64,000 bases of DNA, from contig JBJBEO010000001.1 in the NCBI GenBank assembly GCA_047284725.1, positions 1,432,203 to 1,496,202 on the forward strand, in the 5' to 3' direction. Shown here piece by piece: positions 11,639 through 22,865 of the stretch. The translations under genes were made by a program, and so were the position numbers. The notes below the pieces were generated by a model. The model made no database searches. It worked only from the letters and a program-made list of their open reading frames with translations, and was not told the origin of the DNA. The DNA comes from Synechococcus sp. GTDB lineage: Bacteria > Cyanobacteriota > Cyanobacteriia > PCC-6307 > Cyanobiaceae. How positions within the stretch are numbered: position 1 is the first letter of the stretch; each line of letters begins with the position of its first letter.

Positions 11639-12483
11639 CCCAGCCGTCTGACTCATCCACCAATCTCTGGGTCGTGACCGACCTCGATGGCACGCTGCTG
11701 GATCATCATTACTGCTGGGATGCAGCCAAACCGACCCTGGACTGGTTGAGGCAATTGGGCATCCCCGTCATTCCCTGCACAAGCAAAACAGCGGAAGAAG
11801 TAAGGCAATTCTGTGTTGATGCCCACCTCACTGGACCCTTCATCGTCGAAAACGGCGGAGCCGTGCATGGCGGCATTGCCGACAGCAGCTGGAAGCACGG
11901 TCTTGGTGCTCCCCATGGACAATTGCGCCAACAGCTCAACACCCTGTCGGACCACGTCGGCGAAGCACTGATTGCCCTTGAAGATCTCTCTGCGCAACAA
12001 GTGATGGAACTCACAGGCCTGGCGAAGGATGCCGTTGGTCCCGCGCAGCGGAGAGAGTGGAGTGTGCCCTTCCTCAACGCTCCCGAACGCCTGCACGCAG
12101 ACCTCCAGCGACACGCCACTGCACTGGGACTCACGGTGGTGCAAGGCAATCGAATGAGTCATCTGCTCCAGGCAGGAACGAGCAAAGGCCACGCCGTCGC
12201 CAGCCTCAAAGCCCTGCTTGATCAACCCAACGTGCAGGTGCTTGCCCTGGGCGACTCCCCCAATGATGAGTCTCTGCTCCGCGCTGGTGACATCAGCGTG
12301 GTGGTGCCAGGCCCAAGCGGCCCGCACCCTCACTTTGCCGACGACATTGCCCATGGACGCTTGAAGCTCGCACCGGCCCCCCATGCCAGCGGCTGGGCCT
12401 GCAGCGTGTTGACTGCCGTCAAGGCACGAGTGTCTGCAGAGCTGGCAGCAACCGCTCCAGAGCCACCCCTCGACTGGCCTTGA
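11632..12483 (+). CDS. gpgP: Glucosyl/mannosyl-3-phosphoglycerate phosphatase (HAD IIB)
   Basis: TDLDGTLLD, CTSKT, ENG, SKG and LGDSPND motifs. Confidence 0.85.
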   Translation: MLTQPSDSSTNLWVVTDLDGTLLDHHYCWDAAKPTLDWLRQLGIPVIPCTSKTAEEVRQFCVDAHLTGPFIVENGGAVHGGIADSSWKHGLGAPHGQLRQQLNTLSDHVGEALIALEDLSAQQVMELTGLAKDAVGPAQRREWSVPFLNAPERLHADLQRHATALGLTVVQGNRMSHLLQAGTSKGHAVASLKALLDQPNVQVLALGDSPNDESLLRAGDISVVVPGPSGPHPHFADDIAHGRLKLAPAPHASGWACSVLTAVKARVSAELAATAPEPPLDWP

Positions 12484-13807
12484 GCAAGACACAATCACCT
12501 GAACGCAGCCAGTCGGCAAGGGGAGCCGCTGCCTGCTCAGGCTCAGACACCAGGGCGAACTGAGCCATCGGCGACCCTGCGCGAGCCATCGCCTCGGCCT
12601 CAACACCCGTGGCAACGGCCACCACACCTTCCAAACCGAGGGCGGCCGCCCTCTCCACCACCCTGCGGTGCAGATCGGCGCTGTCGGCACCCAGCTCCAA
12701 CATCGTGCCGAGCACCGCAAAGCGACGACCCGGTTGCTGGCCCAGCAGCTCGAGAGCAGCGAACACCGCCTCCGGTGAAGCGTTGTACGTCTCATCCAGC
12801 ACCGTGAGTCCTCCAAGCTGGAGTCGACGATTACGACCACCGGGCACCTTCACCACAAGGCTCGACAGGCTGTCCATCCCAACGCCCAATTCCTCGGCAA
12901 CGGCACGGGCAAGCAACCAGTTACGGGCATTGTGACGACCCTCAAGGGGCATGCGGTAACGACGGTTCTGGAGCGAAAGAAGGCCGGAGCCCACGTCCAG
13001 TTGGCCCAGGTCATCCGCCATCGAAGCGGACACCTCCCCTTCAAGCCCCACCCGATGCACCCTGCCGTTCCAGACAGCCGACAACGCGGCTTCGAGAAGA
13101 GGATCTCCGGCTGGAATGACCACCAAACCGTCGGGTTTGAGCGCAGAGGTGATCTCACATTTGGCGGCGGCGATCGCCTCGCGGCTGCCAAGGCGACCGA
13201 TATGGGCGGTGCCGATATTGGTGATCACAGCCAGATCGGGTTCAGCACAGCGCGACAGACGCTCAATTTCCCCAGGGCCACGCATGCCCATCTCCACCAC
13301 CACGGCGGCATGACCACTCCCTGCTCCGAGCAGAGTGAGCGGAACACCGATATCATTATTGTTATTGTTAGAACTGGCCTGAATCAGGCCAAGGGGCGCA
13401 AGCGCTGCGCGAATCAGCTCCCGAGTGGTGGTTTTCCCTGCCGACCCCGTGACGGCAACGACAGGTCGAGCCAACGCATGCCGATGCAGGTTGGCGAGTG
13501 CCTGGTAGGCCTGCGTTGTGTCATCGACTCTCCAGTGAAGCAACCTCCCCGGCACTGGCCGGTCTGAATCCCTGGCCACCAAAGCGGCCTGGGCACCCAG
13601 ACGCTCGGCATCAGCCAGAAAGGCATGGCCATCAAACTGCTCGCCCACCAGAGGAACAAACAGCGCGCCGGCTTGCAAGCGACGGCTATCGGTGCAGATC
13701 GGTCCCAGCGGTTGGTTCTGCCACGGTCCGCTGAACCCAGAAGGATCTCCGACCGGATCCCCCCAGAGCTGCACCAACTGGCCAAGGTTCAACACGAAGG
13801 CTGGCAA
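12419..13807 (-). CDS. murF: UDP-MurNAc-tripeptide--D-Ala-D-Ala ligase
   Basis: TDSR, GEQFDGH, VTGSAGKTTT, NNDIGVP, EMGM, DETYNASP, GTMLELG and KASRG. Confidence 0.95.
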   Translation of the reverse strand: MPAFVLNLGQLVQLWGDPVGDPSGFSGPWQNQPLGPICTDSRRLQAGALFVPLVGEQFDGHAFLADAERLGAQAALVARDSDRPVPGRLLHWRVDDTTQAYQALANLHRHALARPVVAVTGSAGKTTTRELIRAALAPLGLIQASSNNNNNDIGVPLTLLGAGSGHAAVVVEMGMRGPGEIERLSRCAEPDLAVITNIGTAHIGRLGSREAIAAAKCEITSALKPDGLVVIPAGDPLLEAALSAVWNGRVHRVGLEGEVSASMADDLGQLDVGSGLLSLQNRRYRMPLEGRHNARNWLLARAVAEELGVGMDSLSSLVVKVPGGRNRRLQLGGLTVLDETYNASPEAVFAALELLGQQPGRRFAVLGTMLELGADSADLHRRVVERAAALGLEGVVAVATGVEAEAMARAGSPMAQFALVSEPEQAAAPLADWLRSGDCVLLKASRGVALERLLPALQTLVP

Positions 13808-13903
13808 TCACAGTGAACTGATCATGCCGTTGTTGCTTCAAAGACAACAGAGGCGGACGAACGGGTTAGTGTCCGAGCACCTCAAGACAGGAGATGGCTG
13901 CGG

Positions 13904-14164
13904 ATGACTCGGAAGCGGAATTGGATCGGGTTCAGCACCCTTGTCATTTCACTGCTGTCGGCACCCGCCGCTCAAGCCCAGAGAGAAATTCCCAAGGCTC
14001 CGGGCCACGAGCAATGCCCACTTGGGTACGTGAACACATTGGGCACCACCTGTGTGTCGCCGATTTACTACGAAGTCGCACCCACCAACGGCAAGGCGTG
14101 CCTCAGTGGCTGGATGAATATCGGAGCTGGCTACTGCAAGAAAAAAACGCTCGGCATCTTCTGA
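13904..14164 (+). CDS. Small secreted Cys-containing hypothetical protein
   Basis: Signal peptide ending AQA, then CPLGY...CVSP...CLSGW...GYC (4 Cys). Confidence 0.7.
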   Translation: MTRKRNWIGFSTLVISLLSAPAAQAQREIPKAPGHEQCPLGYVNTLGTTCVSPIYYEVAPTNGKACLSGWMNIGAGYCKKKTLGIF

Positions 14165-14202
14165 GTCGGCTCCCCCAGAACGGGCGGAGGTCGAGGTGGT
14201 GC

Positions 14203-14994
14203 TCACGGCAAGGCATTCAGGATCATGCCTTTGCCGACCCTGGCGCTGCGGCCCAGCACCACCCCGTTCTCTGACATCAACGTCAGTGCGCTGTATCCCT
14301 CACGGTCAATTCGCTCCCACCAGCCTTCTGCCAGACCTTGACGCGTCTCGGGCATCAACGCGGACCAGCCATTGCCAAGGGTGATCTCGACGGTGTTCAG
14401 GGCTGAATCGGCAACGGCAGCGATCACCGGGGCGCTCTCATCGGCTGCAGGCGCAGCACTGACAAGAGGATCGCGGCCGAGAACAAGGGCAAGGAGGGCA
14501 TCGGGCTCAGCAGGAAGGGGCGCCTCCAACTGTTCCGGGGCCGCGGGACCAACGGAGGGACTTTGTTGCGATGGCCTGGCTGGCTCATCCGGAGGCGCCT
14601 CGAAGACAGACCGCTCGTCTGATGCCTCCGGTGGCACTCCGTCATCCACCTCCGAGGGACGTGCCGGGGCAGGGGAGGGCACCGATGACATCACTGGTGG
14701 TGCTGCCCTCAAGTGCGCAGAGACCTGGACCCCCGTGGTCACCAGAACAACCACCAAGGCCCCCAGCACCAGAGGCCAGAAGAGCGGGGCTAAATCACGG
14801 GGCCAGGCCTTGGGGACCCACAAGGAACCATCGCCATTGCGCCGCCACAACTCCTGAAGGCGCAGACGCAGATCAGCCACAACCGCACGCAGGTCGTCAA
14901 CGAGGGAACGCCACGGGTTGCGGTAGGGAGCTGGCAGGGGCGACGTTTCAAGGCTTGAGGCGTCACCCCCTGGCATCTGCGCCTGATCAGACAT
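14203..14994 (-). CDS. Conserved hypothetical membrane protein
   Basis: Single TM helix, Pro-rich linker, C-terminal domain ending GRSARVGKGMIL. Directly downstream of glgA. Confidence 0.7.
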   Translation of the reverse strand: MSDQAQMPGGDASSLETSPLPAPYRNPWRSLVDDLRAVVADLRLRLQELWRRNGDGSLWVPKAWPRDLAPLFWPLVLGALVVVLVTTGVQVSAHLRAAPPVMSSVPSPAPARPSEVDDGVPPEASDERSVFEAPPDEPARPSQQSPSVGPAAPEQLEAPLPAEPDALLALVLGRDPLVSAAPAADESAPVIAAVADSALNTVEITLGNGWSALMPETRQGLAEGWWERIDREGYSALTLMSENGVVLGRSARVGKGMILNALP

Positions 14995-15031
14995 CAGCGG
15001 CAGGAGGGTTCAACCCATTCTGTTGGGTTGA

Positions 15032-16603
15032 CTACTGGCGGTCCTGGCGCGGTCGACCGAGCAGACGCGTGATCGGATTGCGGGAGGGGCGAGTCGTCTC
15101 AACGAACCCTGGCTCAGGCAGGGCGAACGCAGACTCCGCTTGCCCGTCGGCGGGGGATTGCCAGCGGGAAGGGTCAGCATCCTGGCCTTGGGAAAAGCGC
15201 TCCACTTCCGAGGCATCGGGGCCGGGCTCCTTGATGCCGCAGACCTCGCGATACATGCGGTCGTACTCCACAGCTGACCGCGTCCAGCTGTAGTCCTGCT
15301 GCATGGCGCGCCGCTGAAGTTGGCGCCAACTGTCTTGATGCCGATAAGCCTCCCAGGCCCTGACAAGAGCGGTGTAGAAATCCACTGGATCAAAGCGATC
15401 GAAGCAGAAACCTGTGCCGCTGTGATGGGCAGGGTCGTGGGGAGGAACGGTGTCGACCAGACCACCCACTTTGCGCACAACCGGCACACAGCCGTAGCGC
15501 ATCGCCATCAGCTGACTGATGCCGCACGGTTCAAAACGACTGGGCATCAGAAAGGCATCACTGCCGGCATAGATCAAACGCGACAGGGCGTCGTCGTAGG
15601 TGAGGAAGACGGCGACGCGACCGGGATGGCGGGATGCCAGTTGCCACAAGCCCGACTCCAGGCCGCGATCGCCAGTGCCGAGCACCACGATCTGGGTATC
15701 GGTGTAGGCGAGCAGACGATCAGCCACCTGCAGCAGAAGATCAACCCCCTTCTGATCGACGAGGCGACTGACCATGCCGAGCAGGAAGGTGTCGGGGCTG
15801 ACGTTGAGCCCCATCCGCTCCTGCAGCTCTCGCTTGTTGGCGGCGCGACCGGAAAGCTGGTCGGCGCTGTAATTCGCCGCCAAGGCCTTGTCGGTGGAAG
15901 GGTCCCAGGCCTCCAGATCGAGACCATTGAGGATGCCGCGGAGCTTTCCGGAGATGTAGTTGAGCAGGCCGTCGAGTTGCTCTCCGTATTCAGCGGTGCG
16001 GATCTCCTGGGCATAGGTCGGCGACACCGCATTGACCCGATCGGCATAGAGCAACGCCGCGGCCATGGTGTGGTCTCCCTGCATGTACCAGGGGCACCAG
16101 GTGATCCGATCCAGCTTCCAGCGCCAGGGCCCCTGATATTTGAGGTTGTGGATGGTGAACACCGTGCTGATCTCGGGGTCCTGATGCATCCACACCGGGA
16201 TCATGCCGGTATGCCAGTCATGGCAATGCAGCACGTTCGGCTTCCAGACGTTCCAGGCGAACTCCGCCGTGGCGCTGGCAAAAAACGTGAAACGCCAATC
16301 TTCGTCTTCTCCGCCGTAGATGCGCTCTGGATCAAAGACAGGGTGACCAACCAGATAGAGAGGCAAGCCAGTGGTGGGATGGCGCGTCTCATAGACGGCA
16401 AATTCGGTCCCCATCGTCTGCGCACGCCAGATCGGCTCAGCAGAGATGTCGAGACGGCTCCAGAGGCGGCTGTAGCCCGGCATGATCAGGCGTACATCGT
16501 GGCCAAGCTTGGCCAGGGCCGGAGGAAGGGATCCGACCACATCGCCCATGCCGCCGACTTTCACCATGGGAGCGCACTCGGCAGCAGCAAACAGCACGCG
16601 CAT
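15032..16603 (-). CDS. glgA: Glycogen synthase
   Basis: [22 protein letters not shown] and PSRFEPCG motifs. Confidence 0.96.
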   Translation of the reverse strand: MRVLFAAAECAPMVKVGGMGDVVGSLPPALAKLGHDVRLIMPGYSRLWSRLDISAEPIWRAQTMGTEFAVYETRHPTTGLPLYLVGHPVFDPERIYGGEDEDWRFTFFASATAEFAWNVWKPNVLHCHDWHTGMIPVWMHQDPEISTVFTIHNLKYQGPWRWKLDRITWCPWYMQGDHTMAAALLYADRVNAVSPTYAQEIRTAEYGEQLDGLLNYISGKLRGILNGLDLEAWDPSTDKALAANYSADQLSGRAANKRELQERMGLNVSPDTFLLGMVSRLVDQKGVDLLLQVADRLLAYTDTQIVVLGTGDRGLESGLWQLASRHPGRVAVFLTYDDALSRLIYAGSDAFLMPSRFEPCGISQLMAMRYGCVPVVRKVGGLVDTVPPHDPAHHSGTGFCFDRFDPVDFYTALVRAWEAYRHQDSWRQLQRRAMQQDYSWTRSAVEYDRMYREVCGIKEPGPDASEVERFSQGQDADPSRWQSPADGQAESAFALPEPGFVETTRPSRNPITRLLGRPRQDRQ

Positions 16604-16687
16604 GGTCAGTGGCACTTACGAAAGCGCCGCGACTTTAGATTGAAATCCCATGAAAACTTGAAAGCATTGCTGGTTTCTGGCCACTGA

Positions 16688-17332
16688 TCAGGGCAGAACG
16701 GTGACCGGGGTCCCCACCCTCACAAGGTCGAACACTTCCTGCACGTTTTCTTCGTAGAGGCGCACGCAGCCGTGGGACACCGCGCGGCCCACCGTCCAAC
16801 GATGGGGCGTGCCATGAAAACCGGACACGGTGCAGCCATCAATGGCAAGGTACTTCTCACCATCCCAGCCATTGCGTCCCTTGCAATCGCGATAAAAGCC
16901 GATCCAACGGGAGCCGAGGGGATTTTTCCCACCCGGTGCAATCTGTTTGCCGTTGACGGGATGCGTCCAGATCGGTTGACGCACCTTCTCCAGCACCCGA
17001 TGGCTTCCGGCGGGCGTTTCCCAACCTTCCGTGCCGACTGCAGCCGGGTAGCGACGGCTGATTTGTCCATTGCGCATCACCAGAAGCTGGCGGTGCTTGC
17101 GATCGAGCACCAGTTGAAGGCCAAGGCGACGTCGCAGTTCCAGCGGCACCCGGGCCAGGGATTGCTCCAGAGAAATGGGGGCAGCTTTCGGAGGAATGGG
17201 ATCAGCCGGGCGGTGGCTGGATCCTGATGCCGGTTGCGCCTTCACAGGCACAGAAACCGCTGCAAGAGCAAGAGCCAGGGCCGATGCCGCCTGCAACATC
17301 GGGAAACGCATCGGCATCGCAATCTGCATCAC
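16688..17332 (-). CDS. L,D-transpeptidase (YkuD family)
   Basis: AVG..GWETP.G, NPLGSRWIG and GFHGT...SHGCVR. Confidence 0.9.
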   Translation of the reverse strand: MMQIAMPMRFPMLQAASALALALAAVSVPVKAQPASGSSHRPADPIPPKAAPISLEQSLARVPLELRRRLGLQLVLDRKHRQLLVMRNGQISRRYPAAVGTEGWETPAGSHRVLEKVRQPIWTHPVNGKQIAPGGKNPLGSRWIGFYRDCKGRNGWDGEKYLAIDGCTVSGFHGTPHRWTVGRAVSHGCVRLYEENVQEVFDLVRVGTPVTVLP

Positions 17333-17371
17333 AACGGAGGTGGCACCAGTCTGTTTGACCCCAACGTTTAG

Positions 17372-18247
17372 CTAAGGCAACCAGGGAGTTGACGAAAAGT
17401 CAGGATCCCGTTTCTCGAGAAAGGCATTGCGTCCCTCCTGTCCCTCCTCTGTTCGATAGAACAGATGCGTGGCCTGGCCAGCCAATTCCTGCAATCCGGC
17501 CATGCCATCGGTTTCGGCGTTGAATGCGGCCTTGAGGCACCGGATCGCTGTGGGGCTGTGCTGCAGCACCTCCCGGGCCCAACGCACCCCCTCGGCCTCA
17601 AGCTGCTCCAGGGGCACCACAGCATTCACCAGCCCCATCGCCAGCGCTTCATCGGCACCGTATTGCCGGCACAGGAACCAGATCTCGCGTGCCTTGCGCT
17701 GTCCCACGAGGCGGGCCAGATAGCCGGCACCGAAGCCGCCATCGAAACTGCCCACCCGCGGGCCGGTCTGACCAAAACGGGCATTGTCAGCCGCCAGGCT
17801 GAGATCACAGAGCAGATGCAGCACCTGCCCTCCGCCAATGGCATAGCCCGCGACAAGGGCAATCACCACCTTGGGCAAGCTGCGGATCAAACGCTGGAGG
17901 TCGAGCACATTGAGGCGAGGCATCCCCTCCTCGTCGACGTACCCACCGTCACCCCTCACACTCTGGTCTCCGCCGGCGCAGAAGGCGTAACCACCATCGT
18001 CGGCAGGGCCCACTCCTGTGAACAGCACCACACCAATGCTGCTGTCATCGCGGATACGGGTGAATGCATCGCAGAGTTCCACCACTGTTCTGGGGCGGAA
18101 CGCGTTGCGGCGGTAAGGCCGATTGATCGCAACCCGGGCGATGCCATCACCGGAACGATCCACGAGGATGTCCTGATAGGCACCCAACGGATGCCAGGAC
18201 ACCCCGGACTCTCCGGGAAGAACCGACCGGGGCGGTGAGGCGGTCAT
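17372..18247 (-). CDS. menB: 1,4-dihydroxy-2-naphthoyl-CoA synthase
   Basis: [28 protein letters not shown] and KAREIWFL. Confidence 0.96.
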   Translation of the reverse strand: MTASPPRSVLPGESGVSWHPLGAYQDILVDRSGDGIARVAINRPYRRNAFRPRTVVELCDAFTRIRDDSSIGVVLFTGVGPADDGGYAFCAGGDQSVRGDGGYVDEEGMPRLNVLDLQRLIRSLPKVVIALVAGYAIGGGQVLHLLCDLSLAADNARFGQTGPRVGSFDGGFGAGYLARLVGQRKAREIWFLCRQYGADEALAMGLVNAVVPLEQLEAEGVRWAREVLQHSPTAIRCLKAAFNAETDGMAGLQELAGQATHLFYRTEEGQEGRNAFLEKRDPDFSSTPWLP

Positions 18248-20046
18248 CAGGGCTCATCTGACACTCGAACCATTGTGATCTGCTGGATTTCCTGACGAAG
18301 GGTGGCCCGCAGCTCCGCATCTACTGCTCGATCCGTACAGACCCGCAGCAGGGCGACACCGGTCTGGGCCAGGCCCCATGCCAACGCGGGGGGGACATCC
18401 TCAAGGCAGGAGATCTGGCGACCAGGGATGCCATGGGCCGCAGCCAGTGCCAGAGGATCCACCTGCTGAGGCATGGCAAACAAGGCATCAAACGCTGACG
18501 CCGGTGCCGCTGGAACCGGCAATTGCTGAAAGATTCCGCCCCCACCGTTGTCGATCAACAACACCAACAGCGGCTCGGACTCCTGACGCGCATGGGTCAG
18601 CAACCAGCCGTTGCTGTCGTGAAGCAACGCCAGATCCCCAGTGATCAACAGAGTGCGGCCCAGCACCCGGGCCAGACCCAGTCCCAAAGACAGGGTGCCA
18701 TCAATCCCGGAGGCACCTCGAAAACTGAAGCAGCGATGGTGACCTTGCACACCTGACGCAAAGGCCTGCCAATCCCGCACTGGGCTGCTGGCTGCGAGCA
18801 TCACCGGCACATCCGCAGGGATGAGGGCACCAAGGCATTGCATCAGCGCAGGCTCCGTCACGGCACCCTCGCCAGGCAGCCGACGCGTCAACCACTCGGA
18901 CATCCTCCGATCGCGGTCTTGCCAGCCCTGAATGAGCGTCTGATGACGCATCGGAGCAGGATCCGGCAGGGCCTGAGCGGCAAGCCAGCGCACCAGCCCC
19001 TCACTCCACTGCAAGGACTTCTTGAGGGGATCCAACGACCGTGGCTCACCCTCACTGATCAGCAGCTGAGGCCCCTCACACCGTGTCAACCAGGCCTCCA
19101 GGCGCCGACTGGCGGGCATCGGCCCCAACCGCAGCACCTGCAGATCCGCCTGGACCATGCCGGAGGGCAACGGCAGCGCATCCGGCAGCAGAAGATCCCA
19201 GTAACGCACCTGACCGGGCAGGTCAGCCGGCACAGCCGCCAGTGGATCCACTAGTACAGGCCAGCCACTGCAGTGCTGCCAGTGACGCAGTGCGTCCTCG
19301 AAGGCCGCTCGCTCTCCGGCCAGACCTCGCCATGGTCCCGCGACCACCACCCCCGGGCGGGAAGCATCAAGACCACACTGAGGCGGCAAGCCGGAAGCCT
19401 TCGGGTCGGACCAGCAAGGCCGGACAAACCGGGGGGCGTTCTGGCGATGCTGACGCTGGTGGCCCCAGGCGATCCAGAACGCCTGCTGTTCCGCTTCTGG
19501 CGGATGCAGAGGTTCTTCAAACGGCAGATTGAGATGCACGGGTCCGGGGCGCTGGTGGGCCCGAAGCCAAACCTGCTCCGCCAACGCATCCAAGTGATCA
19601 GTGGTGACAGTCTCCAGCCCCTGACCCGGACCATTCACGACTGCACGGCAAACCGCCTCAAGAAATTCCTCCTGATTCACGGTCTGATTGGCGCCGCACT
19701 GCTTCAGACGCGCGGGTCGATCGGCGGTCAGCAGCAACAGGGGCTGACAGGAGCGATCGGCTTCCACTGCTGCAGGCAGAAGGTTGGCCACAGCGGTGCC
19801 CGAGGTGGTGATCACTGCTGAGGCGCACCCTCTGGCGGTGCTGCTGCCCAGTGCCAGGAAGGCGGCCGAACGTTCATCAATGGCGGTTTCGAGCTGGATC
19901 AGATCGGCCCGCGCCAGCCCCCCCGCCGCCAACGCCAGAGGGCCTGACCGGCTACCGGGACAAAGCACAACATGCTCCAATCCCTGGGCCTGGAGCCTTT
20001 CCAGCACGCACAGCGCGGCCGCAAGATTGGCGATGGGACGGGTCAA
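18247..20046 (-). CDS. menD: SEPHCHC synthase
   Basis: [44 protein letters not shown] and NGGGGIF. Probable TTG start near 20046; the upstream ORF extension is antisense to lepB. Confidence 0.93.
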   Translation of the reverse strand: MTRPIANLAAALCVLERLQAQGLEHVVLCPGSRSGPLALAAGGLARADLIQLETAIDERSAAFLALGSSTARGCASAVITTSGTAVANLLPAAVEADRSCQPLLLLTADRPARLKQCGANQTVNQEEFLEAVCRAVVNGPGQGLETVTTDHLDALAEQVWLRAHQRPGPVHLNLPFEEPLHPPEAEQQAFWIAWGHQRQHRQNAPRFVRPCWSDPKASGLPPQCGLDASRPGVVVAGPWRGLAGERAAFEDALRHWQHCSGWPVLVDPLAAVPADLPGQVRYWDLLLPDALPLPSGMVQADLQVLRLGPMPASRRLEAWLTRCEGPQLLISEGEPRSLDPLKKSLQWSEGLVRWLAAQALPDPAPMRHQTLIQGWQDRDRRMSEWLTRRLPGEGAVTEPALMQCLGALIPADVPVMLAASSPVRDWQAFASGVQGHHRCFSFRGASGIDGTLSLGLGLARVLGRTLLITGDLALLHDSNGWLLTHARQESEPLLVLLIDNGGGGIFQQLPVPAAPASAFDALFAMPQQVDPLALAAAHGIPGRQISCLEDVPPALAWGLAQTGVALLRVCTDRAVDAELRATLRQEIQQITMVRVSDEP

Positions 20047-20118
20047 AGCAGACGCGGCGCCTGGGAAGACGCTCTGGAGGGGACGCTGATGCGATCCTCG
20101 TTGTACACGCAAGAGGCC

Positions 20119-20730
20119 ATGGCCAGCGAAGGCAAACCAAGCCGGCAGCAGAGTTGGCGGGATGTGCTGCTCTGGGTGGTGCTCGCCTTGCTGCTGCGCT
20201 GGCTCGTACTCGAACCTCGCTGGATACCGTCCGGCTCCATGCTTCCCACCCTGGAATTGCAGGACCGCATCCTGGTCGAGAAAATCCGCCCCAAGATGGC
20301 CGACCAACGCCATCAACCCCTTGGCATCGGAAACGTAGTGGTCTTTGCAGTGCCCGACGCCCTGATCGACGCGGGGTATGACCCCAACACCGCTCTGATC
20401 AAACGGGTGGTCGCGGGACCCGGAGACACGGTGGAAGTGCGTGAAGGCCGGCTTTGGCGGAATGGCGAAACCGTGAACGAACCCTGGCGCGAAGAAGCCA
20501 TGGATTACGTGATGCCGGCGCAACGCGTTCCACCGGGCGCCCTCTGGGTGCTGGGGGACAATCGCAATGCCAGCCTCGATTCTCACCTCTGGGGGCCCCT
20601 GCCTCAGGAACGTGTCATCGGCACCGCGGTGTGGCGTTACTGGCCTTTGAATCGGTTCGGTCCGATACGGTTCCCCCTCCAAACCGGATCGGGTGACGAA
20701 CAGGGGGCTGGGTTAAGGTCGGGTTCTTGA
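20119..20730 (+). CDS. lepB: Signal peptidase I
   Basis: IPSGSMLPTL, IKRVVA.PGD and GDNRNASLDSH. Confidence 0.93.
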   Translation: MASEGKPSRQQSWRDVLLWVVLALLLRWLVLEPRWIPSGSMLPTLELQDRILVEKIRPKMADQRHQPLGIGNVVVFAVPDALIDAGYDPNTALIKRVVAGPGDTVEVREGRLWRNGETVNEPWREEAMDYVMPAQRVPPGALWVLGDNRNASLDSHLWGPLPQERVIGTAVWRYWPLNRFGPIRFPLQTGSGDEQGAGLRSGS

Positions 20731-20745
20731 GAGGCGGAGGTCGGA

Positions 20746-21093
20746 ATGTTTGATCCCGAATTCTTGACCACCGAAAACCAAGATGGTCAGCCTGTGAATG
20801 GCTTGATTCAGTACCTGCAGGATCAATCCCCTGATGTGCTCCAGCGGGTTGCGAAATCCGCCAGTAACGATATCCAGGACATCATCCGCCACAACGTGCA
20901 GGGTCTGCTGGGAATCCTCCCCGGCGAGCATTTTGAGGTGAAGGTCACCACCAATCGCGACAACCTCGCCAATCTGCTGGCCTCCGCGATGATGACGGGT
21001 TATTTCCTCCGGCAAATGGAGCAGCGCAAAGAACTGGAAGAGACCCTTTTTGCAGACGAGGAGATGTCGGTGAACCCGGATCCGGAGGTTTGA
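20746..21093 (+). CDS. DUF760 family protein
   Basis: LIQYLQ...NVQGLLG...LASAMMTGYFLRQMEQR. Confidence 0.85.
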   Translation: MFDPEFLTTENQDGQPVNGLIQYLQDQSPDVLQRVAKSASNDIQDIIRHNVQGLLGILPGEHFEVKVTTNRDNLANLLASAMMTGYFLRQMEQRKELEETLFADEEMSVNPDPEV

Positions 21094-21120
21094 GTCAGCG
21101 ACGTTGATTCAAGCAAGCGA

Positions 21121-22305
21121 TCATTCGATCACTTTGCCAACTGATTCACAGGGCGAGGCTGGCACGACTCCCAGATCCAGCAGTTGCTGATCAAGCGAAG
21201 CAAGAAAGGCCCAATTGCCCTGATCGGACGCCCAAGGCCTGGCCTCGATCGCACTGATCAACTCAGAGCACCGGTCTGGGCCAAAAGCCACAGGGGCGCT
21301 GTAGTGAGCTGGAATGAGCCAGCGCACTTCCGCATGAGACTGCAGTTCCTGGAGCCATGCCAGGAACACCTGCCGGGCCCGAGGCAACACCAGACGTTCC
21401 AACACGGGAGCGACCTGAAGCCTGGGAGCGACCTCTCCCATCAGCCCCTGAGCAGCCTGCTGCCACCCCACCTGCCATGCGAAGGGGTACACCCCAAAGT
21501 GGCAACGTCTGGAGCGCAATCCTGACTTGAAGGCGTAGCGAAGCACGTCCCCAATGCCCGGTACCTCAAGGGGTTCCGGCCTCAGATAGGACGCAAACAG
21601 CACCAACCTGGCCCAGCCTTGCCGCCGATTCGCTGGCGTGTCTTCAAGGGGCTGATCGCCACGCTCACGGGCGTGAAACAGCAACGGTGTTGGATCAGCA
21701 TCAAACACCGCAGGGGGTTCGGCGCTGATGCCGACAAGGGCATCCGTCACCAACAAGGCACCCGACGGGCAGTGCAGACAGCTGATCTCCTGAAAGCGAC
21801 CGGCACCCAGATCAAGAGGGCCGAGGGAGAACCACTGGCACACATCACCGTGAGGAACCCCGTCGTCGAGCAACACTTTGGTGCGCTGCGCCGGTACCCC
21901 CAGCCAGGCCAGGGGCAACTGCACTGGAAAGCTCCACTGGCCCGGACACACCCACACCTCCACATCCGGGAAAGCGCGGGCCAGGGGAGCGAGGGGAAGC
22001 TTGTGCTCCAAACCAGAGGCGGTGGGCAGCACGATGGTGCGCACGGGGCCGTGCTCAGCCTCCAGGGCCTGCACCATGGCACGCAGTTGCTGGGTGGGAG
22101 GCAGAGGGTTCACCAGCATCAACCCGCCTGGCACCTTCACGGCCGTCATGCGGATCGGAACCGCCACGTAATACACCCCCTGGAGCTGCTCAAAACTCCA
22201 GACCTGCCCAGGGATCAGTTCCTCAAAGTAAGTAACGCGATGGCCATAGGGGTACAGAGGCAGCAGCGGCCAGAAACCCCAGTACTGGTCGGCACGACTA
22301 TTCAT
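21121..22305 (-). CDS. DUF4336 family protein (metallo-beta-lactamase-like); last core gene before the island
   Basis: WPLLPLYPYG, EQLQG..YVAVPIRM, SGLEHK, LLVTDA and IPAHY. Confidence 0.82.
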   Translation of the reverse strand: MNSRADQYWGFWPLLPLYPYGHRVTYFEELIPGQVWSFEQLQGVYYVAVPIRMTAVKVPGGLMLVNPLPPTQQLRAMVQALEAEHGPVRTIVLPTASGLEHKLPLAPLARAFPDVEVWVCPGQWSFPVQLPLAWLGVPAQRTKVLLDDGVPHGDVCQWFSLGPLDLGAGRFQEISCLHCPSGALLVTDALVGISAEPPAVFDADPTPLLFHARERGDQPLEDTPANRRQGWARLVLFASYLRPEPLEVPGIGDVLRYAFKSGLRSRRCHFGVYPFAWQVGWQQAAQGLMGEVAPRLQVAPVLERLVLPRARQVFLAWLQELQSHAEVRWLIPAHYSAPVAFGPDRCSELISAIEARPWASDQGNWAFLASLDQQLLDLGVVPASPCESVGKVIE

Positions 22306-22384
22306 TGCCAAGCCTCTCGCGCACCCTGGATTCGATAGCTCCAGCCCCATGATCACAGGTCTTGATCACCGATCGAGCACCCGC
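22256..22384. repeat. Direct repeat copy 1: current DUF4336 5' end plus upstream region
   Basis: Ungapped match to 31176-31304, 129 bp with 8 mismatches by manual alignment. Confidence 0.93.
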
Positions 22385-22802
22385 ATCGCAAGCTCAGATT
22401 CAGACGAGCCCAGAACCAAGAATCAAGGTGCAAACCAGGATAGAGATTTCTGGAATCACCAAACTGACTCTTCCCAAGAGTTCGACGTCTTGTCCTTGCC
22501 CTGACTGCGATCTCGGCACTGACCCCTCAAGTCGCATTGGCCCAAATAGACCATCCCCATGGCCATCACGGCCATGGAGTGCATCACGCAAAACCTGAAA
22601 ACACGAAAGGGGCAGCGTTGATCGTCTCGAGAGACGCCCACAGTTGCACTCAGACTTCCTTCCATGACTGGATTCAACTGTCCCTTGATCTCGAGCTGTG
22701 CAACCGCGAACACAACGATGATCGAAATGCTTAGGTTCGCGCAACAATTCGATCAGCAAGCTATTGGAGCCCCGGGAGCTAAACACAAACAAAATTCAAA
22801 AC

Positions 22803-22832
22803 TTGACAAAGCCCCAACACCTAAGGTAGAGT
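22803..22832 (+). promoter_or_regulatory. Sigma70-type promoter for the GG-leader peptide gene
   Basis: TTGACA (22803-22808), 18-bp spacer, TAGAGT (22827-22832); 33 bp upstream of the ATG at 22866. Confidence 0.6.
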
Positions 22833-22865
22833 TAGGATAATGACTATTATGGCCATTAAAAAACC

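Noticed and set aside
15320..16687. 455-aa plus-strand ORF
   Set aside because: Antisense shadow of glgA.
20047..20682. Apparent N-terminal extension of menD
   Set aside because: Antisense to lepB.
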